43,607 nucleotides of DNA, taken from Vicinamibacterales bacterium (lineage in GTDB: Bacteria; Acidobacteriota; Vicinamibacteria; Vicinamibacterales; UBA2999). Under the pieces are notes generated by a model. The model was not told where the DNA came from, made no database searches, and was given only the letters and a program-made list of their open reading frames with translations. Made by a program: the position numbers and the translations under genes. How positions within the stretch are numbered: position 1 is the stretch's first letter; every line of letters starts with the position of its first letter. Location: NCBI GenBank assembly GCA_035553795.1, contig DATMJU010000733.1, positions 1 to 43,607 on the forward strand, in the 5' to 3' direction. Shown one piece after another: positions 24,068-32,579 of the stretch.

Positions 24068-27000
24068 GTGCTCACGGGGCGATAGCGATGCCGCTCCGGA
24101 TTTTTGTTCTTGGAACGAAGTCAGATCGCGTTGAGCGATCGGAACTCGTCAGGCTCATCGAGAGTACTTCCGCATCTGCCTCAGTTGCATCGGTGCAGTG
24201 GCCCTGCGAGGGACCCTTGCCGTGGTCACATCAAAGCGACTCATGCATCATCATCGTACTCGTTACGCGAGACGGCCTAACGTCTGAGCGCGGATGGTCG
24301 CAGGCGTTGACGTCTAACCAGATTGATACGGAGCGAACTGTAGTTCTTTTTTTGCACGGCCTCGATCCGACAACTCAGCGAGATCTCAAGTTTCGTTACG
24401 CGAAGACGCTCGGTAGCAAAACGATAGCGGACAGTTCGCGCGAGCTGCAAAAGACAGTCGAAGGCTTAATCGCCGACTTGAAACGCTCGGCCACCCGGTG
24501 GGACGGGATTGGGTTGGATACTCGTCGCCTTCTCGGTAGACAAGAAGAATTGAACGCTGCCATCAGCATGGCGAATCCCCCGACAAAATCGATTGCGATT
24601 GTGGGACTTGGAGGACAAGGAAAGACGTCGTTCGCTGCCGCGCTGTCCGACGCGTTATCCTCCGCCTACTCTGATGCACCTTGGGTGTCACTCCGAAATG
24701 GTCCGACACTCGATTGGGTAGCCCAGCGAATTGCTCACCTTCTTGGCGCGGAGATCTCCGTCGCGGATGCGACGGCCGAGACTGCCACCACGAACATCCT
24801 CAGCATGCTGGCGGCACGACGGGTTCTGCTTGTTCTCGACAACGCTGAGACGGTATTCAACAGCAGAGGCGGAGCCGCATCAGCTGAGAATGCGCAGGAT
24901 CTGTCGTCGCACTACGAATATTTCTTTCGCTCGCTCGCACAGGCCCGGCTCGACTCGCTCGTTCTCGTCACGAGCCGTGAACTGCCCAACGCGTATCGAG
25001 TATTTCCCGAGACTCTGCGGGTATTTCGGCTTCCCGGCCTCGATGAGCCAGCAGTTGCACAATTGATGGCAAACAGCGGCGTGACCCTTGAGGCACGCCT
25101 GCTCAGCAAGGTACACGCGCGGTTTCTGGGCAATCCTCTCGCGATCAAGTTGCTTTGTGGCCTGTCTTTGGACCGAGGCGCGGCGGTTGTCACCGAACTG
25201 CTCGCCGCTGACGCGCCCGTAAGCGATGACATCTCAACGCTCATGGACGAGCACGTCTCGCGGCTGTCTCGGGAAGAACGGCTATTTCTCTCGAAATTGG
25301 CGTGGGAGGGCGGCGGTGTTGAGTGGTCTGTTCTTCGCGAACTCGCTTGGCCAGTGGACAGTTCCACGGCACAGCGGCATCTGGATCATCTCTCGCGAGT
25401 TCTGCTGGTGGACTCGAACGACGTGGAGATCGCGATTACGCATCCACTATTGCGCGAGCACTTGGTGGAAGACGTTAAGCGTCAAGTGCGGCTCGGGTTG
25501 TTGCTGGATGACCACGCCGGGCTACCGCAGGTGTTGTCAACGCTGCTGTTGGTTAATCCGCTTGCGGACGACTACGTCCAGACTCTTCAAGTCGCCGCAG
25601 TCGAGAGCCTTGTCGCAGATGTGCGACGACAGCTCGGAACAAAACACAAGTTGCGCGGGCGTATCCTAGCGTTGTTAGAGATCGCGCGGCGTTCGGCGCA
25701 CCCTGGCTACATCGTCGCCAATCTGGTGGAAATCGCGCGGCGTGGCAACGTCGACCTTCACGGCGTCGATTTCACGGGCCTTCCTCTTGATTCAGTCGAT
25801 TTCCGGGACATCGATGTTCGGGACGCCGATTGCTCCTCATCGGAGTTTCGGTCCTGTGTCTTCGGGGACAATTTTGGGCCGGTTACAGCCGTCGCGCGAG
25901 TAGCCGCCGGCCAGGAGCTTCTAGCAGCCGGTACGTTTGAGGGCTTTGTGCGGTTGTGGACGGCTGATGGCGAACTACAGAGTGTTGTCAAATGCGCGGA
26001 TGATTGGCTTTCGGCGATCAGTCCGGTTGCACGTGACGGCGTGTCGTACTTTGCCGCTGTTGACGGCGCAATAGGCAGTGTCCGATGGAGCAATTTGAGC
26101 GTGACGACTCTTCTCAACGTCGACGCTCAAGTCCGAGGCCTGGCCGTCGTCAACGACGTTCTGGTAGCAGCGTGCGCTGACGGGTCGATCAGGGTAGTGG
26201 ATCTCAATACCGGCCGTGCTCGCAAGCTCATGGTCGCGACCTTTCGTCTTAAAGTTGTCCGAGCGATTCCTGGGACGGCGCGCTCCGTCGTTGTGCTAGG
26301 CGGAGATTCGGGCGATCTTTTAGTCTTCGACGTCGAGGGTGGCAAAGAGCTGTCGCGCTTTACGAACGGCACTGCGTGGGTACGTGACGCACTTTTTGAC
26401 GCGGCTGGATCTACGCTGTTTACCGCCGACGATGACGGGCGCGTTCGAGCCTGGGAGCGACAGGCGAACGACGAGTTCCGCCTGAAGACGGAGGCCGGTC
26501 ACTCGCATCGTGTATGGTGCCTCGCGCTCGACCAGCACTCAGCGCGGCTGTTTTCAGCTGGCAATGACGCCGTTATCCGTGTGTGGGACGCGAACTCACT
26601 CAAGCAGCTGGACCTGTACGAAGGACATGGTTCATGGATTCGGTCCATGGCGCTCCTTGATGATGGCCGCGTGCTTGCGAGCGGCAGCGAGGATCAGACG
26701 CTAAGATTCTGGCACACCGAAGACGGCAAGTGCTTTCGGCGGCGTACTGGTTACGCGCGGCGCGTATTCGCGATCGGCTTCGCTTCCGAGGACGTCCTGA
26801 TATGCGGCACTGGCGACCACAAGCTGGTCAAGTTCGACCTCGGCGGCGACACTCCCAGGACAAGCTATTTCGACGGCCACCGAGATCAGGTGTTCAGCCT
26901 CGCGGTTGAACGGCGCTCGAACCGCGTCGCCTCCGCGAGCGATGACGGTGAGGTGCGCATTAGTGATGCCTCGACCGGCGACTCGCTATTTGCTGAGCGC

Positions 27001-27723
27001 CTTCACACGGGATGGATCGGTTCGGTGGCGTTCTCGCCATCTGGCCTGAGACTGGCGTCGGGAGCGGACGATCGTACGATCGTTGTTCTTGACGCCGTCC
27101 ATTTCACACCCATCAACCGCAGACGGACGAACGAGGGCCGCATCTCATCGATAGTATTTGCCGCAGAAGACGTGATTGTCTGTTCTAGCGAAGACGGCAC
27201 GATTCGAGTGCTCGCTGTTCCCGACCTTAGTGAGCGGGGCTGTCACGCGCTGGGCGCCGGACCGCTATACGCAGTAGGGTTGATCGAAAAAGGCACCGCT
27301 GCTATCGCGGCTGGCGTTGGAGGCAAAGTGTGGCGCGTGCCGATGGACAGTGTCTCGCCAGCCGTTCCCGTAGCGGAATTGCCGGTAAACGCGATTTGGA
27401 GCATCGACGTCAGCCCCGACGGTCAGATGGCCGCCTTGGGGGCCGACGACGGAAGTGTAGTGTTGCTTGAGGTGGACAGCAAGCAAGCGCGGACCATTGC
27501 GCAGGCGCACCAACGACAGGTGTGGTGCGTGCGCTGGTCACCGAATGGAAGCACGATAGCGACTGCGAGCGAAGACGGTGAAGTTGCGCTTTGGAATCCG
27601 CAGGGTGCGAGCAAGGCACGCCTAAGGCCGCCACTGTTGTACCACGGACTGCGCATCACGGGCTCTGAGGGGCTATCGCCCGCGGAACGACGACACCTTC
27701 TAGCGATGGGAGCTGTTCCGTGA
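24043..27723 (+). CDS. STAND NTPase: N-terminal alpha/beta (possibly TIR-like) domain, then NB-ARC, a pentapeptide-repeat segment and WD40 repeats (about 1,220 aa)
   Basis: P-loop GLGGQGKTS (about 24604-24630), Walker B LLVLDNAE, LVTSRE, and GNPLAIKLL (GLPL-like). Pentapeptide run VDLHGVDFTGLPLDSVDFRDIDVRDADCSSSEF (25747-25870). WD40 signatures include GNDAVIRVWD, GSEDQTLRFWH, ASDDGEVRISD, GADDRTIVVLD and ASEDGEVALWN. Alternative starts are GTG 24064 (GTGA overlap with the surE stop) and ATG 24088. Confidence 0.8.
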   Translation: MGASVREVSAHGAIAMPLRIFVLGTKSDRVERSELVRLIESTSASASVASVQWPCEGPLPWSHQSDSCIIIVLVTRDGLTSERGWSQALTSNQIDTERTVVLFLHGLDPTTQRDLKFRYAKTLGSKTIADSSRELQKTVEGLIADLKRSATRWDGIGLDTRRLLGRQEELNAAISMANPPTKSIAIVGLGGQGKTSFAAALSDALSSAYSDAPWVSLRNGPTLDWVAQRIAHLLGAEISVADATAETATTNILSMLAARRVLLVLDNAETVFNSRGGAASAENAQDLSSHYEYFFRSLAQARLDSLVLVTSRELPNAYRVFPETLRVFRLPGLDEPAVAQLMANSGVTLEARLLSKVHARFLGNPLAIKLLCGLSLDRGAAVVTELLAADAPVSDDISTLMDEHVSRLSREERLFLSKLAWEGGGVEWSVLRELAWPVDSSTAQRHLDHLSRVLLVDSNDVEIAITHPLLREHLVEDVKRQVRLGLLLDDHAGLPQVLSTLLLVNPLADDYVQTLQVAAVESLVADVRRQLGTKHKLRGRILALLEIARRSAHPGYIVANLVEIARRGNVDLHGVDFTGLPLDSVDFRDIDVRDADCSSSEFRSCVFGDNFGPVTAVARVAAGQELLAAGTFEGFVRLWTADGELQSVVKCADDWLSAISPVARDGVSYFAAVDGAIGSVRWSNLSVTTLLNVDAQVRGLAVVNDVLVAACADGSIRVVDLNTGRARKLMVATFRLKVVRAIPGTARSVVVLGGDSGDLLVFDVEGGKELSRFTNGTAWVRDALFDAAGSTLFTADDDGRVRAWERQANDEFRLKTEAGHSHRVWCLALDQHSARLFSAGNDAVIRVWDANSLKQLDLYEGHGSWIRSMALLDDGRVLASGSEDQTLRFWHTEDGKCFRRRTGYARRVFAIGFASEDVLICGTGDHKLVKFDLGGDTPRTSYFDGHRDQVFSLAVERRSNRVASASDDGEVRISDASTGDSLFAERLHTGWIGSVAFSPSGLRLASGADDRTIVVLDAVHFTPINRRRTNEGRISSIVFAAEDVIVCSSEDGTIRVLAVPDLSERGCHALGAGPLYAVGLIEKGTAAIAAGVGGKVWRVPMDSVSPAVPVAELPVNAIWSIDVSPDGQMAALGADDGSVVLLEVDSKQARTIAQAHQRQVWCVRWSPNGSTIATASEDGEVALWNPQGASKARLRPPLLYHGLRITGSEGLSPAERRHLLAMGAVP

Positions 27724-28385
27724 AGTTCTCTTCCTCGTTTCGACGTTGGATTCTGGCCCTTGGCGCGTCGCTGGGCGCACCATACCTCTGGCGTCGGTGG
27801 GCGAGGGTCATTTTGGGACTTGTGTGGCTATTGATTGTTACCGCTATCGCATTTGGCGTGACGGTGATTTCGGAGCGTATTAGAGATCCGAAGGTTCTCT
27901 GGGCGACGATCTTCGCCTCCTCTTTAGGGAGCATTGCGGCTGGACTCTTTGGGGCTGTGGCGACAGTGCTTAGTCTTGAGGTGCTTAGAGCAAGGCGCGT
28001 TGAGCGAGAGGAGAGAGCCACGTTCCTGAGTAGATTGCGGTCGCGCGATCGAGGGACGGTCTCGGCGGCGATCGAAGAACTGCGCAGTCGGCGATTACTC
28101 GACAGTGGATACCTTGACGGGGCCGACCTTCGTGGCGTGGTTTTCGCGGAGACGGACCTGCGAGGGATGCGCGCGGTGGCTGCCCGTTTTGACGGTGCGG
28201 ATCTGACCAACGCAGTTCTCTATGGCGCGGATATCCGCTTCGCGTCCCTGAGGGATGTGACGCTATCGGGAGCAACCAATCTACGTCTATGCAAATGGCA
28301 CGGAGCAGATCTGACAGGCGTTGACGGTTCTCTGCTTCGGGAATGCGGTCTCCCTCATGTCGCTCAGATCCAAGTTTCCAGATAG
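27720..28385 (+). CDS. Membrane-anchored pentapeptide-repeat protein (221 aa)
   Basis: GTGA overlap with the STAND stop. N-terminal hydrophobic helices (ILGLVWLLIVTAIAFGVTVI and ATIFASSLGSIAAGLFGAVATVL), then GADLRGVVFAETDLRGMRAVAARFDGADLTNAVLYGADIRFASLRDV. Confidence 0.7.
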   Translation: MKFSSSFRRWILALGASLGAPYLWRRWARVILGLVWLLIVTAIAFGVTVISERIRDPKVLWATIFASSLGSIAAGLFGAVATVLSLEVLRARRVEREERATFLSRLRSRDRGTVSAAIEELRSRRLLDSGYLDGADLRGVVFAETDLRGMRAVAARFDGADLTNAVLYGADIRFASLRDVTLSGATNLRLCKWHGADLTGVDGSLLRECGLPHVAQIQVSR

Positions 28386-29731
28386 CGTGCGTACGGCGCC
28401 GCGTATCGCGAAGAGTCGCCGGGCGCACACGCTTGATCCTCCACAGCAATCAACGACGTGAGCTTGTCGAGTAAGCCTTTGTCGATGGCTGCGGCTGCCA
28501 AGAGGGCACTTCCTACCCCACGATCGGCTGACGGCCTGTAGACTTGCGTTAGGCCGGTTACGTCTGAAACGATTTGCCTCCATAAATTGCTTCTCGCCCC
28601 GCCCCCCGCTGCCAGTGCCGCTGAGAATGTCGTCGATTCGGTCTCGATAGCCCAGCGCAACAAATACGCGAACCCTTCGAGAAGGGCTCGTGCAAGATCG
28701 CCTCTTGTGTGGTGAGGTTCAAGGTATCGGACTGAGCCGCGTGGGCGCGAACTGACGGTGGTCTGGCGCAGGTCGTCTGAGTGCAAGAAGACAATGCCGC
28801 GCGCGCCGGGCTCGGAGCTCGCGGCCAACGCGTCGAACAACGCCAACTGTTCGGTCCTATTCTCGCCATCAGTGATCAGGCCCGCCAGATGACTCAACTG
28901 TTCGCCAGCGCGTGGCACCGAGAGGATCCACTGGAAGGGATTCAACGGGCTCAATCCGAATAGAACCTCGTCGCGCGTTCGGGTGATCCTGGCTGCCGAG
29001 TTGAACGTGCCGTAATACACTAGCAACGCGTCACGTTCATTTGCGAGCCCGGCGCCGAGCGCCGTGGCCACGGTATCTGAAGATCCAACAGTGACCGGTA
29101 CGCCCCTCAGCTGCGGTACTCCGTAGCTCGCTCGAACCCTCCCTGCGAACGTGGCTGGTGGCATGATCTCTGGGAGACTGGATCTGTCGATGCCAAAGTC
29201 CCCCAGGATGGCGCCATTCCAGCCGTGGCCGGGCTCGATAAGGGATCCGCATTCACCGGCCGTTACGGTGTCGACTACGAAGGCACCGGTTAAGTCGCGA
29301 ACGAGCCAGTTGTGGGTGCTGTACCATCTGAAGGGCGTGGTCGACCCCTTGGACAACAACAGGACCTTAGAGAGCACCTCATTGGCCCACTTCGGCGAGT
29401 TGAGTTGCTTATCTAACGACAGTTCAAGTTCGTACGCATCGTCATCACAGAACAATAGGGTTCCGATCGGTTCATCAGATTCAGTCCGCAGCGCGACATT
29501 CGGGACCATCGACGTGATGCTCAACGCTTCGACGCGAACGCCGCTCTCGATCTGGTCAAAAAGTGTCGTTAGTATCCGCTCAAGCACAGACGACCAGCCG
29601 CTAGGAGAAGCCTGCGCGGAACGGCTCCCATAGGCCGAGGCGATCTGGTGCCTTTCACCACTGTTGACGTCTAGTGCTGTCGCCTTAACCACCGACGTGC
29701 CGAGATCCACGCCCACACAAATGGTCGTCAT
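28364..29731 (-). CDS. FGGY-family carbohydrate kinase
   Basis: ICVGVDLGTSVVKA (N-terminal ATPase motif), GSSDTVATALGAGL and GGGARSNLWRQIVSDVTGL. ATG 29731 forms an ATGA overlap with the upstream stop. The ORF opens at 29773. Confidence 0.75.
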   Translation of the reverse strand: MTTICVGVDLGTSVVKATALDVNSGERHQIASAYGSRSAQASPSGWSSVLERILTTLFDQIESGVRVEALSITSMVPNVALRTESDEPIGTLLFCDDDAYELELSLDKQLNSPKWANEVLSKVLLLSKGSTTPFRWYSTHNWLVRDLTGAFVVDTVTAGECGSLIEPGHGWNGAILGDFGIDRSSLPEIMPPATFAGRVRASYGVPQLRGVPVTVGSSDTVATALGAGLANERDALLVYYGTFNSAARITRTRDEVLFGLSPLNPFQWILSVPRAGEQLSHLAGLITDGENRTEQLALFDALAASSEPGARGIVFLHSDDLRQTTVSSRPRGSVRYLEPHHTRGDLARALLEGFAYLLRWAIETESTTFSAALAAGGGARSNLWRQIVSDVTGLTQVYRPSADRGVGSALLAAAAIDKGLLDKLTSLIAVEDQACAPGDSSRYAAPYARYLETWI

Positions 29732-31059
29732 TGTCGAGCCTCTGAACGATGTGTCATTGACGACCGCAGCCAAGACTTGAGCTGTGTGGCAGCATGTGGG
29801 TCTATTTCGATCGAATCAGGAATCCGCGAGTCGACCGCGTGCAGATCGAAGGCATCGCGCAAAGACGATAACTCGTGATGTACGGCGAGGTAGTGCGCAA
29901 GACCCATTCGTCCAGTCACAAGGATGTCCCGCAAGTTCACGGGCAGCGTCGATCCACCCCGGAGCCGGTACGCAGAGACGCCAGCAAGGCCCGTATGAAG
30001 GATCTCTACCCGCCAGGCCACTTCGGGTGGGACTGGAATTCCGATGCGTTGAGCCAATCGGGCACTTTCGGAAAGATATGGCGCTCCGGAGCCATAGGAA
30101 GTTCCTCCGGCAACGTCGAGTCCTACGTAGTCCGCAAGAATGTCCAACGCCACGCGCGGAATGATTCGTATGGACTCGTCCGTGAGAGGGTCTCGCTGAC
30201 GGACAAGCCCGCAGTTCGTGCAGTCAGCATCGACGCAGTCGGTGTTCCTGCGTATACGTTCGCGGCCTTGACACGAGGGGCAAACGGTCCAGTAGTATTC
30301 GAACCCCTTGGGATCAGGTCCAAGTTGTCGACTGAGGTCCACGTATACAGGCCGGAGATGGCCATGTAGTGCGGACAAAGGCACGAACAGCACATTGGGA
30401 GCAAAGCCGTGAACGTAGGCAACGCGCATCCATGCGTAGGCGGTGACCTCGGTGGTACCTAACGTGGGTTGCACGGGCGGACCTAGGTCTGCTGCGATAT
30501 CGCTTAGGGGCCGTGGTGGGCGCGAACCGTCCTGCTGAAGCAGCCGGGACAGCGATTCGATCAATTCTGCAAGCTCTGTGAAGTATCGCTGGGAGGGGAC
30601 GGGCTGCGCGTTTATCTGCTTATGGGGCTCGGCCACGGGATAGCGGATGCGTCTGAGAAGCGCCTTGTCGGAGGGATCAAATACTTGTGAAATGCGAAAC
30701 CGGCGATTAGTCGCAACATCGTGATCGACCAGAAATACGATACTGACGACGTGCTCGCCCAAGGCGAGAAGGGTCTGCTGTAGGTGATGTAAATACCGTA
30801 GCTGCAGAAGGAGGTTGTCGTAGGGCAGAAAGTTCGGTTGGTGCGCCAGGCGTACGATGGTCGCGCCGCCCCGAATGGCTTCAAGCTGCATGTCGAAGCG
30901 CGCCGGAGCCAGGCCGGTGCGGGAGTGAAACGCCGACACGGCTTCGGCGAGCGCAATTCGGTTCACTCTTGAATATCGGCGCTCAGATCCCGAGCGAATT
31001 GCATTGGCGACGGTCGCGATGCATTTGTGCGGGGTCCGAGTCATGGTGACGGTCGACAT
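29728..31059 (-). CDS. Hypothetical 443-aa protein with an HQPNFLPY motif and a zinc ribbon; WbqC/BshC-like at most
   Basis: LAHQPNFLPYDNLLLQL resembles the N-terminal motif of WbqC-like/BshC-like proteins. CPSCQGRERIRRNTDCVDADCTNCG is a CxxC...CxxC ribbon. Coupled to the kinase gene. Confidence 0.55.
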   Translation of the reverse strand: MSTVTMTRTPHKCIATVANAIRSGSERRYSRVNRIALAEAVSAFHSRTGLAPARFDMQLEAIRGGATIVRLAHQPNFLPYDNLLLQLRYLHHLQQTLLALGEHVVSIVFLVDHDVATNRRFRISQVFDPSDKALLRRIRYPVAEPHKQINAQPVPSQRYFTELAELIESLSRLLQQDGSRPPRPLSDIAADLGPPVQPTLGTTEVTAYAWMRVAYVHGFAPNVLFVPLSALHGHLRPVYVDLSRQLGPDPKGFEYYWTVCPSCQGRERIRRNTDCVDADCTNCGLVRQRDPLTDESIRIIPRVALDILADYVGLDVAGGTSYGSGAPYLSESARLAQRIGIPVPPEVAWRVEILHTGLAGVSAYRLRGGSTLPVNLRDILVTGRMGLAHYLAVHHELSSLRDAFDLHAVDSRIPDSIEIDPHAATQLKSWLRSSMTHRSEARQ

Positions 31060-31355
31060 TGGCGCGGTCCAACGTGCCGCAGCTCATCCGTGGTGTCAAG
31101 GCAATTCCGGTCCACCCCTTTCGGCACCGCTCTCGGGCCACTTTGAAGCCCTTGGTAGCGCCCGATATGCGCGAGGTGAAGTGAGCAGCAGGGGCGACTT
31201 CGGTAGCTGCTTCATTCAGCGAACGTCGGTCGGGAGCCACCGGCCGCTTTAGGGGTAAGATGGCCATTACTCACCACTGGCCTGCCGGCGCGGAGCACGC
31301 GCCGAGTTGGCCCTGCCAAGCGGAATCCAGCCACAACCGAAAGGAGGAACTCTGT

Positions 31356-32579
31356 ATGGGAACCGTGTATTCACGGAAGCGGTCGCCGTACCTCTGGATC
31401 AAGTACTACCAGCACGGTCGGCCTGTTCGAGAGAGCACAGGCACGAAGAACGAAGTCGTCGCACGCCGTATGCTGCGTGCGCGCGAGGGTGACGTCGAGC
31501 GCGGTATCCCGATCGATCCCAAGGTCGGCCTCGTCACCTTCCGCAACGCCGCCGAGGACATGCTCAACGACTACAAGGCGAACCGCAAGCGGACGTACGT
31601 CGATGCCAAGCGGCGGATCAACAAGCACCTCGCGCCGTTCTTCGGGAACAGACGGCTGTCGTCGATCACGGCGAGCGACATCCGTGCGTACATCGCGAAG
31701 CGCATGGCCGACACGTACCTGGCCCGGCCAGCGCGGCGGGTCAGACATCGCAATGGCACCTCGCAGGATCTGCCGGAGCTCCGAAGGCCTGTGTCAGCTG
31801 GTGAGATCAATCGCGAGCTGACCGTCCTCAAGCGGATGTTCAGCCTGGCGATCGAGGCGGGGAAACTGCACCACAAGCCGCACTTCGCCATGCTGCGAGA
31901 GGACAACGTCCGCGTCGGCTTCTTTGAGCGTGAGCAGTACGAAGCCGTGCTCTCCCATCTCCCCGCGGGCATGCGGCCGGTGGTGACGTTCGCGTACGTC
32001 ACGGGATGGCGAATCAACAGCGAGGTGTTGCCGCTCCGGTGGAGGCAGGTCGATCTCAACGTTGGGGAGGTCCGGCTCGACCCGGGCACGACTAAGAACC
32101 GAGAGGGGCGGGTGTTCTACCTGACTCCCGAACTGCATCAGCTCCTGAAAGAGCAGCGCGCCGCGGCGGACGACATCCAGCGCCAGAAGAAGATGATCGT
32201 CCAGCACGTCTTCTTCCATCGCGACACGACCAAGGCAGGGGCCTTCGGGCACTGGGCGGGGAAGGGGATCTCGGAGCACGGCTTCTACCACGCCTGGCGA
32301 ACGGCGCGGATGGCCGCCGGCTGCCCCGGCAGCATCCCGCACGACTTCAGGCGCACTGCCATCCGGAACATGGTGCGGGCCGGGATTCCGGAGCGGGTGG
32401 CCATGAAATTGAGCGGCCACAAGACCCGCAGCGTTTTTGATCGCTATAATGTCGTGAGCGACGGAGATCTGCGGGACGCTGCTCGTCGACTTGGGCACAC
32501 TGGCGGGCACACTGGCCCATCCTTGGCCTTCGGCGGCGGCGAGAAAACGCAAAATTCTTACGAAATCCACGCACGGTGA
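31356..32579 (+). CDS. int: Tyrosine recombinase / phage-type integrase
   Basis: aaaggagg lies upstream of ATG 31356 (ORF opens at 31260). The N-terminal arm-binding-type region is GTVYSRKRSPYLWIKYYQHGRPVRESTG. Catalytic blocks are TGWRINSEVLPLRW (R), HDFRRTAIRN (HxxR) and GHKTRSVFDRYN (H...Y). The stop TGA at 32577-32579 lies inside the tRNA. Confidence 0.9.
   Translation: MGTVYSRKRSPYLWIKYYQHGRPVRESTGTKNEVVARRMLRAREGDVERGIPIDPKVGLVTFRNAAEDMLNDYKANRKRTYVDAKRRINKHLAPFFGNRRLSSITASDIRAYIAKRMADTYLARPARRVRHRNGTSQDLPELRRPVSAGEINRELTVLKRMFSLAIEAGKLHHKPHFAMLREDNVRVGFFEREQYEAVLSHLPAGMRPVVTFAYVTGWRINSEVLPLRWRQVDLNVGEVRLDPGTTKNREGRVFYLTPELHQLLKEQRAAADDIQRQKKMIVQHVFFHRDTTKAGAFGHWAGKGISEHGFYHAWRTARMAAGCPGSIPHDFRRTAIRNMVRAGIPERVAMKLSGHKTRSVFDRYNVVSDGDLRDAARRLGHTGGHTGPSLAFGGGEKTQNSYEIHAR
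32491..32515 (+). repeat. Right copy of the 25-bp double GGGCACACTGG element (candidate arm-type site), inside the integrase 3' end
   Basis: Identical to 177-201. It encodes GHTGGHTG in the integrase C-terminal tail. Confidence 0.6.
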
